Origin: Sphingomicrobium sp.
GTDB lineage: Bacteria > Pseudomonadota > Alphaproteobacteria > Sphingomonadales > Sphingomonadaceae
Assembly (NCBI GenBank): GCA_051962455.1
Contig: JBQCCG010000274.1
Location: 1,465-65,464 of the forward strand
Direction: 5' to 3'
DNA: 64,000 nt
Position numbers and translations under genes: made by a program. The notes beneath the pieces were generated by a model. That model did not search any database, was not told the origin of the DNA, and saw only the letters and a list, made by a program, of their open reading frames with translations. Below, one piece after another: positions 16,228 through 27,180 of the stretch (its first letter is position 1; each line of letters opens with the position of its first letter).

Positions 16228-17372
16228 TCGGCAAAGCTCCCGTCCCTCGTCCGCCAGATCGGGTTGCGCCAGCGGTGGCGGTCCTTGTCGGATTCGCGCA
16301 CGGCGGCTTCGTCGATCTCGACCCCGAGCCCCGGCCCTTCCGGTACTGGCAAATAGCCGTGGACTGGGGTCAGCGCGTCCTTGTTGAGGACGAAGTTCAA
16401 CAGGTCGTGGCCGCCCGTGTTGTAGTGGATGCCGAGGCTGATCTCCTGGATCGCATGATTGGGCGTGCAGGCCGCGATCTGCAGGCATGAGCCGAGCGCC
16501 AATGGCCCCAGCGGGCAATGCTGCGCGACGGCAATGTCATAGGCCTCCGCCATCGCGGCGATCTTGCGCACCACGAGGATGCCGCCAGCGTGGCTGAGGT
16601 CGGGCTGGACGATGTCCACGGCGCCTTGCTCAAAGAAGGGCTTAAACTCCCACCGGTTGTATAGCCGTTCGCCGAGCGCGATCGGAGTCGATACCAGTCC
16701 AGCGATCTCCCGCAGCCCCTCCGGATTTTCTGAGAGCAGTGGTTCCTCGATGAACAGCAGCCCGAGGGGTTCAAGCACTTTGGCGAGCTGTTTGGCGACG
16801 GGGCGATGCACCCGCCCGTGGAAATCGAGACCGACATCCATCCCCTGCGCCTGCGCCGCCTGGACGCGCTCGACCACATCCTCGAACACCTTCGGTGTCC
16901 CGATCCAGTCGAGCTCCGCCGTCGCGTTCATCTTCACCGCGGTGAAGCCCTGTTGCTTTCGCACCTCGGCGGCTTCGGCGATCTCGTGCGGGCGGTCGCC
17001 ACCGATCCAGGCGTAGGAGCGGACCTGGTCGCGCACCTTGCCGCCCAGCATTTGCCACGCGGGCAGGCCGAGGGCGCGCCCCTTCAAATCTCACAGCGCC
17101 TGCTCAAGCCCGGACAGCGCCGACATGATCACCGCCCCTCCGCGATAAAAGCCGCCGCGAAATCCGACCTGCCACATATCCTCGATCGCGAAGGGATCGG
17201 CTCCGATGAACCGGTCGCGATAGACTTCGAATACTCCCTCGACCGCTTCGCTCCAGCCTTCGAGGCTCGCTTCGCCCCAGCCGATCGCCCCGTCGTCGCT
17301 CTCAACTCGGACGAACAGCCAGCGCGGCGGCACCATGAAGATTTCGATTCGGTCGATCTTGCGCGGAGTCAC
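16221..17372 (-). pseudogene. dgoD: Galactonate dehydratase, 383 codons, with an in-frame TGA at 17091-17093 (expected TGG)
   Basis: ORFs 17091..17372 and 16221..17087 are in frame and read SGLEQAL*DLKG, where the family has ALWDxKG. PPRWLFVRVE, DFHGR, FIEEP, LGERL, QPDLSHAGG and GIHYN are present. Confidence 0.9.
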
Positions 17373-18652
17373 GATTTCGCCTTGTCGGCTTGCGTGCCGC
17401 TTCCGCCATATTGCCGGCCGGCGGCATCATCCTCTTCCCCGTCCGGAGGTTCGCCGATCCTCTTGATCGGCACGATCAGGCAGACGCTCTGCGCCGGAAG
17501 GACGTTCCGCCAGTCCGCGATCAGCTGCTTGTACGCCTTGCCGACGTTGCGAATCTTGCGGTCGAGATCGAACAGGCCGAGCGGATTGACGTTGCCGTTC
17601 TGCTCGCGGAGCGCAGTTTCCCAGTCGACCTGGTCGGTGAGGCTGTACCAGGTGAACCCTACGGTCGGGATTCCGACGTTCCTCAGGCGCAGGACGTTGG
17701 CCCATTCCTTCCAGAGCCATTTGACGGCCTCGTCGCCGTGCTGCCCTTCCCACAGATTGGTCTCGGTGTGCATCACCGGGAGCCGGTAACGATTGTAATA
17801 CTGGCGCGTGATTTCGGCGTAACCGAACGTTTCGCCGGCCGCCACCGTATGGCCGTCGGCGAATACCCGGTGCTCATTGAGCTGATAATAGTCGTTCCCG
17901 AGGATGCAGTGCTGTTTCAGCCGGTGCTCGAGGAACCACTCATATTCCTCGCGGGTCATCCCGTTATCGAGCAGATACTGGTACATCCCGCTGTCGACCC
18001 GGCGCCCGTAATTGAGGTCCAGGCTCAGGAATCGCATCTGGTTGAGCACTTCGGCGCGGCCGATCGCTGCGGGAGAATCGGCGTGGTAATATTCCGAGGA
18101 TTCCGACTGAATGAAGATCGCGTCGTGTCGACGCTTCAGAATCTCGATCATCGCCATGACGTTCGCCTTGGCAATGTGCTTCAGAGCGGTGACGAACGAC
18201 TTGTCGTCTTTCTTCTGCTCATTCCACCAGCCGTACTTGGCCGAGAAAATTGAGCAGATCAGCATTTCATTGATCGGGGTATAGAGCTGCACCCAGGGGA
18301 AGCGCTCGGCGAATTCCCCGGCGTAGGCAGCGAACAGTCGCGGAAAGTCGGGGTTCTGGAAATTGCCGATCCAGTCGGGCACTCCGAAATGGCAAAGGTC
18401 GACGATCGGCGTGATGTCGCGCCGCTTCAGGTCCGCGAAGGTGAGGTCGGTGAATTCCCAGTCGAACTTGTTCGGGCCGAGGTAGGTCCGGTAGATCGGC
18501 GGTCCATAGCGCAGATAGTTGATTCCGATTTCCTGGACGCAGTCGAAGTCTTCGCGCCAGTGTTCATAGTGACCGCAGACCTGCATCTCGTCGACGCGGG
18601 TCTTGCCGTGGTTGATGGTCGGGATGCTGTTTTCGATCCCGGTCGCAAACAT
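17369..18652 (-). CDS. Glycoside hydrolase family 1 (beta-glycosidase)
   Basis: MFATGIENS N-terminus, LCHFGVPDW, TPINE (acid/base) and HTETN (nucleophile). The stop overlaps the dgoD start (GTGA). The RBS position suggests an original start at 18664, which now reads ATC. Confidence 0.8.
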   Translation of the reverse strand: MFATGIENSIPTINHGKTRVDEMQVCGHYEHWREDFDCVQEIGINYLRYGPPIYRTYLGPNKFDWEFTDLTFADLKRRDITPIVDLCHFGVPDWIGNFQNPDFPRLFAAYAGEFAERFPWVQLYTPINEMLICSIFSAKYGWWNEQKKDDKSFVTALKHIAKANVMAMIEILKRRHDAIFIQSESSEYYHADSPAAIGRAEVLNQMRFLSLDLNYGRRVDSGMYQYLLDNGMTREEYEWFLEHRLKQHCILGNDYYQLNEHRVFADGHTVAAGETFGYAEITRQYYNRYRLPVMHTETNLWEGQHGDEAVKWLWKEWANVLRLRNVGIPTVGFTWYSLTDQVDWETALREQNGNVNPLGLFDLDRKIRNVGKAYKQLIADWRNVLPAQSVCLIVPIKRIGEPPDGEEDDAAGRQYGGSGTQADKAKS

Positions 18653-18779
18653 GAAGTTGGCGATCGCTCAATCTCCTGCCGTTCTCTCCGGACCGGTTCG
18701 GTTGCGCCGAGCGCAGCGATAGCCTCGCGGTCAAAAAAGGAAACCTCGGACCCAAGTCGCGCCGTCGAGGTTTTCCGCT

Positions 18780-19676
18780 ATGGACGAAAAAAGCATGCGC
18801 TGGGCAGATGGTTTCATTGCTGTCGATTGGGGCACCACCAACAGGCGGGCCTATCTGATCGATTCTTCAGGACGGTGCTCGAACGAATTCGAGGACCAGA
18901 AGGGTGTTCTGTCGGTGCCCGCGGGCGGCTTCCCCGACGCCATCGCCGAGATCCGGCAGCGACTCGGGGACAAGCCGCTTCTGCTTGCCGGCATGGTGGG
19001 ATCCAACCGCGGCTGGAAAGAAGCGCCTTATGTGCCCTGCCCGGCAGGCATCGACGAGCTCGTCAAAGGACTGGTTTGGGCTGGCGAAAGGGAGGCGATT
19101 GTCCCCGGTGTTTCTGACCTGGAGGACGGTCGGGCAGACGTGATGCGCGGCGAGGAGGTGCAGCTCGTCGGAGCCGTCGCGGCTAGGCTCGTCGATCCCG
19201 ACGGTCTCGTCTGTCACCCCGGAACTCACAACAAATGGGCGACTCTTCGCTTCGGAAGGATCAGGGGTTTCCGCACGGTCATAACCGGCGAATTGTTCAG
19301 CCTCCTCAAGCAACACAGCATCCTCTCCGACCTGCTTCAGGGCAGCGTGGAACCCAACGACTCCTTCAAGGACGGCGCCCGCAGCGCCATCGAGACCGAA
19401 GCCTTGTCCGCACAGCTGTTCTCGGTCCGCGCCCGAGTGCTGCTCGGCCAGGCGAAGAAGGAGGACGCGGCGTCTTACGCGAGCGGGCTCCTCATCGGCG
19501 CGGATGTGCGGATCGGGCTCTCTTACCCAACCGGGGCCGACATCAGTATCGTCGGCCGGCCCGAACTGACCCGCCTTTATGCCGCCGCCATCGGTCAGGC
19601 GGGCCGGACATCCATCGAGCACGACGGCGAAAAATCCTTCCTCGCCGGCATTCATGAAATCGCGAAGAGGATCTGA
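18780..19676 (+). CDS. dgoK: 2-dehydro-3-deoxygalactonokinase
   Basis: AVDWGTTNRRAY, GMVGSNRGWKEAPY, DVMRGEEVQ, PGTHNKW and TGELF. The start may be ATG 18795. Confidence 0.92.
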   Translation: MDEKSMRWADGFIAVDWGTTNRRAYLIDSSGRCSNEFEDQKGVLSVPAGGFPDAIAEIRQRLGDKPLLLAGMVGSNRGWKEAPYVPCPAGIDELVKGLVWAGEREAIVPGVSDLEDGRADVMRGEEVQLVGAVAARLVDPDGLVCHPGTHNKWATLRFGRIRGFRTVITGELFSLLKQHSILSDLLQGSVEPNDSFKDGARSAIETEALSAQLFSVRARVLLGQAKKEDAASYASGLLIGADVRIGLSYPTGADISIVGRPELTRLYAAAIGQAGRTSIEHDGEKSFLAGIHEIAKRI

Positions 19677-19677
19677 C

Positions 19678-20307
19678 GTGAGCGCGAACGAGCTGCTGCA
19701 TCGCTACCTCGACGAGTGTCCGCTGATCGCCATCATCCGGGGCATCACGCCGGATGAAGCCCAGGCCATCGGCCATGCAATTTACGAAGGCGGCATCCGG
19801 ATCATCGAGGTCCCGCTCAATTCACCCGACCCGCTGAACAGCATCGAGCGGCTGGCGAAGAGATTCGGGGAGCAGATGCTGGTGGGAGCAGGCACGGTTC
19901 TGAGCGCAGCCGAGGTGGCGCGGGTCCAGGGCGCCGGGGGCCGGATCATCGTCTCTCCTGACACCAATACCGAGGTGATCTCGGCCACGGCCAAGGCGGG
20001 TTTGGTGTCGAGCCCGGGTTATTTCACCCCGTCGGAAGCCTTCACTGCGATTCGCGCCGGAGCCACCGCGCTCAAGCTCTTCCCCGCCGAGGGCGCTTCA
20101 CCCTCGGTCCTCAAGGCCCATCTTGCCGTGCTCCCGACGAATATCCCCTATTTCGCAGTCGGGGGAATCAAGCCGGACAATATGCGTCCGTGGCTAGAGG
20201 CCGGAGCGACCGGATTCGGTCTGGGCGGCGGGCTCTACAAGGCAGGCCAGACGCCTGCCGAAACTCTGGAGAAGGCGCGGGCCTATGTGGCGGGATTGAA
20301 GCGATGA
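19678..20307 (+). CDS. dgoA: 2-dehydro-3-deoxy-6-phosphogalactonate aldolase
   Basis: PLIAIIRGITP, IEVPLNSP, GAGTVL, LKLFPAE and AVGGI. GTG start 1 nt after the dgoK stop. Confidence 0.92.
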   Translation: MSANELLHRYLDECPLIAIIRGITPDEAQAIGHAIYEGGIRIIEVPLNSPDPLNSIERLAKRFGEQMLVGAGTVLSAAEVARVQGAGGRIIVSPDTNTEVISATAKAGLVSSPGYFTPSEAFTAIRAGATALKLFPAEGASPSVLKAHLAVLPTNIPYFAVGGIKPDNMRPWLEAGATGFGLGGGLYKAGQTPAETLEKARAYVAGLKR

Positions 20308-21233
20308 AGCCGATCAGGATCGCGATCATCGGCTATGGCAAGATCGCCGAGGACCAGCATGTCCCGTCGATCAGGGCGAATCCCCGCTTCGAGCTGGTCG
20401 CGACCTCCAGCCGATCGAGCAATGGCGTTGAGCAAAAGTTCACCGACTGGCGCGAGCTGATCCGCACGGTCGAAGGCCTGCAGGCTGTCGCGATCACTAC
20501 CCCTCCGGGTCCGCGGTACGAAATCGCGCGCGAATGCATTGCCGCCGGGCTCCACTGTCTGCTCGAGAAGCCGCCGACGGCGGGCCTAGCGGAGATAAAC
20601 GATCTCGCCTGCCTTGCCGATGCGAAGCAGGTCACGCTGTTCACGACGTGGCACGCGCAGCACCACTCTACCGTGGATGCCGCGGCGACGGCGCTCGCAG
20701 GAAAGCGCATCCGCTCCATGGAAATTACCTGGCATGAGGATGTGCACAAATGGCACCCCGGACAACTCTGGATCTGGCAGCCGGGCGGGTTCGGCGTCTT
20801 CGACCCGGGCATCAACGCCTTTTCCATCGCCACGAAAATCTTCCCCGGCGGCTTGTTCGTCCAGTCCGCCGAGTTGCAGGTGCCTTTGAACGCGCAGACG
20901 CCGATCGCGGCGGACGTCATCTTCTCCAGCCCCCAGGCTCATGGCCCGTTGCACGCAAGCCTGGACTGGCGGCGGACCGAGGGTGAGGAATGGACGATCA
21001 GCGTCGAGGCCGCCGACGGAACCACCATTCGCCTCGAAGACGGCGGGGCGCGGCTGATCGTCGGCGGCGAATCGAGCGCGGATAGTGGAATCGGTGAATA
21101 TCCGGACATCTACCGGACGTTCGTCCAACTGATCGACGAGCGCCGGAGCCTGGTCGACGTCGCACCGTTTCGTCTCGTCGCCGACTGCCTGCTCGTTGCA
21201 AGAACCACGAGGGTCGACCCGGTCCACGGCTGA
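20304..21233 (+). CDS. Gfo/Idh/MocA oxidoreductase, probable D-galactose 1-dehydrogenase
   Basis: AIIGYGKIAEDQH, LLEKPP, WHEDVHKWHPGQ and GGFGVFDPGINA. ATGA overlap with dgoA in a De Ley-Doudoroff context. Confidence 0.85.
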   Translation: MKPIRIAIIGYGKIAEDQHVPSIRANPRFELVATSSRSSNGVEQKFTDWRELIRTVEGLQAVAITTPPGPRYEIARECIAAGLHCLLEKPPTAGLAEINDLACLADAKQVTLFTTWHAQHHSTVDAAATALAGKRIRSMEITWHEDVHKWHPGQLWIWQPGGFGVFDPGINAFSIATKIFPGGLFVQSAELQVPLNAQTPIAADVIFSSPQAHGPLHASLDWRRTEGEEWTISVEAADGTTIRLEDGGARLIVGGESSADSGIGEYPDIYRTFVQLIDERRSLVDVAPFRLVADCLLVARTTRVDPVHG

Positions 21234-21298
21234 TGGAGCAACTTCAGCCGAGGGGCATTGTTGACCCGAAGGCCGGACCCAAGGCGTAACCAACACTA

Positions 21299-22075
21299 GT
21301 GCCGGTCGCAGGACCAATGGACGTGGCACAAGCAGCAACCGATGAATTGAGCAGGGCCGACGAGGCGTTCGCGGGCAACCGGCTGCTTTCGACTTTCTCA
21401 CGCGAAGCGCGTGCTCTGCTCGAACCTTATGGCGAATCCGTCGAGCTCGAGCCCGGCGAGGTCGTGCTGAGAGTGGGCGAAGACGTTCATTCGAGCCTCT
21501 TCCCCGTCGGTCCGACGATGATTTCGCTGACCGTCGAGCTCAGCGGCGGACGCTCTGCCGAAGTCGCATCGATCGGCCGGGAAGGCGCGGTCGGCGGGAT
21601 CGTCAGCTGCGGCCACGCGCCGGCTTACTCACGGGCGCAGGTGCTGGTGCCCGGTCCGGGGTTCCGTGTGCCGATGGAGGCGATCGAGGATGCCAAGAAG
21701 CGCTCTCCCTTCATCTCGAACCTGTTCTGCCGATTTTCGGACTATCTGCTAGCGGAGGTGATGCAGTCGGTCGTCTGCAACGCCTTCCACTCAATTCCGG
21801 AGCGGGCGGCGCGCTGGCTGCTCCAGGCGCAGGACCGCGCAGGTGATCGAATCGAGCTGACCCAGGAGGCCTTCGCCGGCCTGCTCGGCGTCCAGCGCAC
21901 GACAGTGAACGCGGTCATCCAGCAACTGTCGTCCGAGGGCCTGATCGCGACCGGAAGAGGCAGGATTTACGTCACCGATCGGGCCGGCCTGAAGCGCCGC
22001 GCTTGCGAATGCTATCAGCGGCTTGAGGACCATTTCGCGGCCGTGATCGGGACAACCGGGCGCGGAACAGCCTAG
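21299..22075 (+). CDS. Crp/Fnr family transcriptional regulator
   Basis: GNRLLSTF, cNMP-like domain with [13 protein letters not shown] and [20 protein letters not shown]. Confidence 0.88.
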   Translation: MPVAGPMDVAQAATDELSRADEAFAGNRLLSTFSREARALLEPYGESVELEPGEVVLRVGEDVHSSLFPVGPTMISLTVELSGGRSAEVASIGREGAVGGIVSCGHAPAYSRAQVLVPGPGFRVPMEAIEDAKKRSPFISNLFCRFSDYLLAEVMQSVVCNAFHSIPERAARWLLQAQDRAGDRIELTQEAFAGLLGVQRTTVNAVIQQLSSEGLIATGRGRIYVTDRAGLKRRACECYQRLEDHFAAVIGTTGRGTA

Positions 22076-23094
22076 CCGACGAACCTCCACGGCAGCGTCT
22101 CGCCGGCATGGAACGGCACGAGTCCATCGATTTCGTCGGGTACCTTCGTTGCCGCTTTCTCGAGCGTCACCGTGCCGTCGTTGAGCGGCAGACCAAAGAA
22201 ACTCGGACCATTGACCGACGCGAAAGCTTCCAGCCTGTCGAGCGCGCCTTCCTCCTCGAACACCGTCGCGTAGCTCTCCAGCGCGAAGGGTGCATTGAAG
22301 ATGCCCGCGCAGCCGCAGGCGCTCTCCTTGGCGTGGCGCGCGTGCGGCGCGCTGTCGGTGCCGAGGAAAATATTTGAAGCGCCCGAGGTCGCGGCCTTGC
22401 GCACCGCGAGCCGGTGCTTTTCCCGCTTGGCGACCGGCAGGCAGTAGGCATGTGGCCGCAGGCCACCGGCGAAGATCGCATTGCGGTTCATGATCAGGTG
22501 CTGGGGCGTCACCGTCGCTCCGACATTCGGCCCATTGGCGGCGACGAAATCGACGGCGTCGGCTGTGGTGATATGCTCGAGCACGATCTTCAACTTGGGG
22601 AAATCGTCGACCAACCGCCACAATATCCGCTCGATGAACACCGCTTCACGGTCGAACACGTCCACCTCCGGATTCGTCACTTCGCCGTGGACGCACAGGA
22701 CCATGCCGATGTTCTGCATCCACGCGAGCGCCGGATAGATATTGCGGATGTCGGTCACCCCGCTCGCGCTATTGGTGGTCGCCCCCGCTGGGTAAAGCTT
22801 GGCCGCGATCCAGATGCTCTCCTCAAACCCCCGTTTGAGCTCCTCCGGACTGGTCTGATCGGTCAGATAGCAGGTCATCAAAGGCGTGAAGCCCGGACCG
22901 GCCGCCGCGACAATGCGCTCTCGATATTCGGCCGCCGCCTCGGGTGTCGTCACTGGCGGCACGAGGTTGGGCATCACGATCGCCCGCGCGAACTGCCGGG
23001 CGGTGTACGGCGCAACCTTCCGGAGCATCTCGCCGTCGCGCAGATGGACGTGCCAGTCGTCGGGCCGGCGGATGGTCAGCGTTTGCGAAGCCAC
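22072..23094 (-). CDS. pyrC: Dihydroorotase (class II)
   Basis: [40 protein letters not shown] and GTDSAPH. Confidence 0.96.
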   Translation of the reverse strand: MASQTLTIRRPDDWHVHLRDGEMLRKVAPYTARQFARAIVMPNLVPPVTTPEAAAEYRERIVAAAGPGFTPLMTCYLTDQTSPEELKRGFEESIWIAAKLYPAGATTNSASGVTDIRNIYPALAWMQNIGMVLCVHGEVTNPEVDVFDREAVFIERILWRLVDDFPKLKIVLEHITTADAVDFVAANGPNVGATVTPQHLIMNRNAIFAGGLRPHAYCLPVAKREKHRLAVRKAATSGASNIFLGTDSAPHARHAKESACGCAGIFNAPFALESYATVFEEEGALDRLEAFASVNGPSFFGLPLNDGTVTLEKAATKVPDEIDGLVPFHAGETLPWRFVG

Positions 23095-23117
23095 GGGCCG
23101 CTCCCTAACTGAAGGGC

Positions 23118-23831
23118 ATGACCCCGACCACCCTCAGCGATCGTGCCGTGATCCGGCTCTCCGGCGAGGGCGTGCGCGGGTTCGTGCAGGGGCTGGTCAC
23201 GAGCGACGTGACTGGATCGCTTCCGGTTTGGGCGGGACTGCTGACCCCCCAGGGAAAGTGCCTGTTCGATTTCATTATTTGGAGCGACGGCGAAGACCTT
23301 CTGCTCGACTGCGAAGCCGTCGCGGCCGATGATCTGATCAAGCGCCTGACCATGTACCGGCTGCGGCGGCCGATCCGCATCGAGCGCGACGGTAACCTCG
23401 CGGTGCACTGGTCGGAACGCACTGGCGAGGGCGTTCCGGACCCGCGGTTGCCGGCGCTCGGGGCCCGTTGGCTTGCCGCGGCCGATGAACCCGTCGCCGG
23501 CTGGCTCGAACGCCGCCTGCGCCTCGGCGTATGCGAAGGCCGCGCGGAGCTTGCCGACCTCCTCTGGCTCGAGTGCAACGCCGCCGAACTCAACGGGGTC
23601 AGCTTCAGCAAGGGCTGTTTCGTCGGACAGGAGAACACCGCGCGCATGAACTGGCGGCAGAAGGTCAACCGGCGGCTGTTCGTCGTGCTCGGAGGCGGAG
23701 GAGAGCGCTCGCGCGCCGAATATCCCGAGTTGGACCTGTCCGTGGTTCACGCGCGGGTGGATGCGATCCCGGGGAACGCCATCATCCCCGACTGGCTCAG
23801 ACCCGCGCTCGAAGTCTCCCCAGCCGACTGA
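23118..23831 (+). CDS. ygfZ: YgfZ/GcvT-like folate-binding protein
   Basis: LLTPQGK and the signature KGCFVGQE. Confidence 0.88.
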   Translation: MTPTTLSDRAVIRLSGEGVRGFVQGLVTSDVTGSLPVWAGLLTPQGKCLFDFIIWSDGEDLLLDCEAVAADDLIKRLTMYRLRRPIRIERDGNLAVHWSERTGEGVPDPRLPALGARWLAAADEPVAGWLERRLRLGVCEGRAELADLLWLECNAAELNGVSFSKGCFVGQENTARMNWRQKVNRRLFVVLGGGGERSRAEYPELDLSVVHARVDAIPGNAIIPDWLRPALEVSPAD

Positions 23832-24072
23832 GCGAATAGATCGCGATCCCCGCCCAGACGACGTTCATCACGGCATTGGGAATCGCGCCATGCCACCATC
23901 CATTGATCACGAAGCCGATCGCTCCCGCGAGATTCATCAGTTGATAGGCTGCCGACTGGCCGGTTAGGCGGCCTGCGGAGAGCAGCGCGTAGGCCACGAG
24001 AATCAGAACCGCCCCGCCCCAGCCTGCAATCTCGACCAGCCAGCGGGTGAGGTCCCAGGCGGGCAAAGCCAT
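23797..24072 (-). CDS. Small membrane protein (CBU_0592-like), 91 aa
   Basis: Hydrophobic GWGGAVLILVAYALL and YQLMNLAGAIG. The ATG overlaps the acnA stop (TGATG). Confidence 0.65.
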   Translation of the reverse strand: MALPAWDLTRWLVEIAGWGGAVLILVAYALLSAGRLTGQSAAYQLMNLAGAIGFVINGWWHGAIPNAVMNVVWAGIAIYSLSRLGRLRARV

Positions 24073-26753
24073 CACGCGGCCGCGAGCCGCCTCAGCACGT
24101 ACTGCAGGATCCCGCCCGCCTTGAAATATTCGAGCTCGTTGTAGGTGTCGATGCGGCACCGCGCGGTGAAGCTGAACTCCTCGCCATTGTCGCGCTTGAC
24201 CTTCACTTCGACGTCCTGGCGCGGCCTCAGGTCGGCGATGCCGGTGATGGAATATTTCTCGCTGCCCGTGAGACCGAGGCTCGCCGCATTTTCGCCCTCG
24301 CGGAACTGCAGAGGGAGCACGCCCATTCCGACCAGGTTCGAGCGATGAATTCGCTCGAAGCTCTCGGCGATGACCGCCTGGACTCCCAGCAGCAAGGTGC
24401 CCTTCGCCGCCCAGTCGCGCGAGCTGCCAGTGCCATATTCCTTGCCGGCGACGACCACGAGCGGGCGGCCGTCCTGCTTGTACAGCATCGCTGCATCGTA
24501 GATCGGCATGATCTCGCCGGTCGGAGCGTAGCAGGTGAAGCCGCCCTCGACATTGTCGAGCATCCGGTTGCGGATGCGGATGTTGGCGAACGTGCCGCGC
24601 ATCATCACTTCATGATTGCCGCGCCGCGAGCCGTAGCTGTTGAACTCGCCGCGGCTCACTCCGTGCTCTAGCAGGTAGCGGCCGGCCGGACTGTCCGGCT
24701 TAATCGCTCCCGCAGGCGAGATGTGGTCGGTGGTGATTGAATCGCCGAAGATCGCCAGCGGCCGCGCACCTTCGATGTCCCGCGGCGGCGTCGGCTGCAT
24801 CGTCATTCCGACGAAATAAGGCGGGTTCTGGATGTAGGTCGAAAGCGCCGGCCAGTCGTAGGTCTCGCCGCCAGCCACCTCGATCTTCCGCCACCGCTCG
24901 TCGCCGCGATATACGTCGGCATAGCGCCGGCGGAACATCTCGGAATGGACATTCGCGTCGATGAGAGAGCGGATTTCCTCGTTGGTCGGCCAGATGTCTT
25001 TGAGATAGACCGGTTCGCCATTCGACGCAGTGCCGATCGGCTCCTTGACCATGTCTGAGCGGACGGTCCCTTTGAGCGCATAAGCGACGACCAGTGGCGG
25101 CGAAGCGAGATAGTTCGCCCGGCAGTCGGGCGACACCCTGCCCTCGAAATTGCGGTTGCCCGAAAGGACGCTGACCGCGACCAGGTCATGCTCGTTGATC
25201 GCTTTGCTGATCGGTTCCGGCAGCGGCCCCGAATTGCCGATGCAGGTCGTGCAGCCATAGCCGACGAGATCGAAGCCGAGCGCGTCGAGGTCGGCGCTGA
25301 GGCCGCTCTCATTGAGATAATCGGTCACGACCTGGCTTCCGGGCGCGAGGCTGGTCTTGACCCAGGGTTTCGGATGAAGCCCCCGCTCGCGCGCTTTCCT
25401 CGCCACGAGCCCAGCGGCGATCAGCACCGAGGGATTGGACGTGTTGGTGCAGCTGGTGATGGCGGCGATTGCGACGTCGCCATTGCCGAAATCGAAATCC
25501 TCCCCCTCGACTTCGAACCGGGGCTCCTTGCCCTTCCGGTAGGTATCCTCGAGGTCCTGATTGAACTTCTCGTCCACCTCGCTCAGCAGAACCCGGTCCT
25601 GCGGCCGCTTGGGGCCGGCGAGCGACGGCTCAATGCTGCCCATGTCGAGCTCGAGCGTATCGGTGAACAAGGGCTCCGGAGTCGACGCATCGCGCCACAG
25701 GCCCTGTATCCGCGCATAGGCTTCGACCAGTGCGATCTGATGATCGTCACGGCCGGTCAGCTTCAGATAATCGATCGTCCGCTGGTCGACCGGGAAGAAG
25801 CCGCAGGTCGCTCCATATTCGGGTGCCATGTTGGCGATGGTCGCGCGGTCGGCGAGCGGGAGATTGTCGAGCCCGGGTCCGTAGAATTCGACGAAGCGCC
25901 CGACCACTCCCTTCTGGCGAAGCATCTGCGTCACCGTCAGCACGAGGTCGGTCGCGGTGATGCCTTCCTTGAGCTGCCCGTCAAGGCGGAAGCCAACCAC
26001 CTCCGGAATGAGCATGCTGACCGGCTGGCCGAGCATTGCCGCCTCGGCTTCGATTCCGCCGACGCCCCAGCCGAGCACGCCCAGGCCGTTGATCATCGTC
26101 GTGTGGCTGTCGGTCCCGACCAACGTATCCGGGTAGGCAACAGTCTCGCCGTCCTGATCATCGCCGGTCCAGACCACCTGTCCGATATGTTCGAGATTGA
26201 CCTGGTGGCAGATGCCGGTGCCGGGTGGCACGACCTTGAAGTTGTCGAACGCCTGGCTGCCCCACTTCAGGAACTCGTAACGCTCCCCGTTACGCTGATA
26301 CTCGAACTCGACATTCTTCTCGAAAGCACGGGGGTTGCCGAACTCGTCGACCATCACGCTGTGGTCGATGATTAGGTGCACCGGGACGAGCGGGTTGATC
26401 TTCTGCGGGTCGCCGGCGAGCTTGGCCATCGCGTCGCGCATCGCCGCCAGATCGACGACCGCCGGAACGCCGGTGAAGTCCTGCATCAGCACCCGCGCCG
26501 GACGGTACTGGATCTCCCGGTTGATCCGCCGCTCCTTCAGCCAGTCGGCCATGGCCTGCAGGTCGTCACGAGTGACCGTCTGGCCATCCTCGAAGCGAAG
26601 CAAATTCTCGAGCAGCACCTTCATCGAGAACGGAAGGCGGGAAACGTCGCCGAGTGATCCGCCGGCTTTGCCGAGTGAGTAATAGGAATAACTCTTGCCC
26701 TCGACTTCGAGGGTCGAACGCGTGCGGAGGCTGTCCTGGCCGGTGGGGATCAT
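24072..26753 (-). CDS. acnA: Aconitate hydratase A
   Basis: [51 protein letters not shown] and [12 protein letters not shown]. Confidence 0.97.
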   Translation of the reverse strand: MIPTGQDSLRTRSTLEVEGKSYSYYSLGKAGGSLGDVSRLPFSMKVLLENLLRFEDGQTVTRDDLQAMADWLKERRINREIQYRPARVLMQDFTGVPAVVDLAAMRDAMAKLAGDPQKINPLVPVHLIIDHSVMVDEFGNPRAFEKNVEFEYQRNGERYEFLKWGSQAFDNFKVVPPGTGICHQVNLEHIGQVVWTGDDQDGETVAYPDTLVGTDSHTTMINGLGVLGWGVGGIEAEAAMLGQPVSMLIPEVVGFRLDGQLKEGITATDLVLTVTQMLRQKGVVGRFVEFYGPGLDNLPLADRATIANMAPEYGATCGFFPVDQRTIDYLKLTGRDDHQIALVEAYARIQGLWRDASTPEPLFTDTLELDMGSIEPSLAGPKRPQDRVLLSEVDEKFNQDLEDTYRKGKEPRFEVEGEDFDFGNGDVAIAAITSCTNTSNPSVLIAAGLVARKARERGLHPKPWVKTSLAPGSQVVTDYLNESGLSADLDALGFDLVGYGCTTCIGNSGPLPEPISKAINEHDLVAVSVLSGNRNFEGRVSPDCRANYLASPPLVVAYALKGTVRSDMVKEPIGTASNGEPVYLKDIWPTNEEIRSLIDANVHSEMFRRRYADVYRGDERWRKIEVAGGETYDWPALSTYIQNPPYFVGMTMQPTPPRDIEGARPLAIFGDSITTDHISPAGAIKPDSPAGRYLLEHGVSRGEFNSYGSRRGNHEVMMRGTFANIRIRNRMLDNVEGGFTCYAPTGEIMPIYDAAMLYKQDGRPLVVVAGKEYGTGSSRDWAAKGTLLLGVQAVIAESFERIHRSNLVGMGVLPLQFREGENAASLGLTGSEKYSITGIADLRPRQDVEVKVKRDNGEEFSFTARCRIDTYNELEYFKAGGILQYVLRRLAAA

Positions 26754-26948
26754 CGCTTTCCTTCGAGTTGCTTCGAGTGCGCGTCTGGATCTACGCGCAA
26801 GATGGGTGCGGCCGAGCCCTTAGCAACCCGCTTGGAACGCCGCAAACGCGGGCAAGTAAACGGTTTGTTGCGGCAAACGGAACAGCCGGCGCGGCGGACC
26901 GCCGCCCCGCCCCTCGCAATAGTGACGTACGCGCAATAAGTTCGATGA

Positions 26949-27170
26949 ATGACAGATGAAGGAACAAAGCTAACCGCCACTCGCGACAGTGATTATTTCC
27001 ACCGCCGGGCTGCGGAGGCGCGCGCCGCCGCCTGCTCGAAAGACCAGCCGCACCAGGCGGAGATCGCGGGGGAGCTGGCGCTTGCTTATGCCGCGCTCGC
27101 CCGGCGCCGCGCCAAAGCCGCCGCGGCGGCCGACGATCTGCCGGCAATCCCCCTCGAACAGCCCGCCTGA
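26949..27170 (+). CDS. Small hypothetical protein, 73 aa
   Basis: Ala/Arg-rich helical ORF (DYFHRRAAEARAAA) filling the gap between acnA and corA. Confidence 0.55.
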   Translation: MTDEGTKLTATRDSDYFHRRAAEARAAACSKDQPHQAEIAGELALAYAALARRRAKAAAAADDLPAIPLEQPA

Positions 27171-27180
27171 GCCAGCTGCC

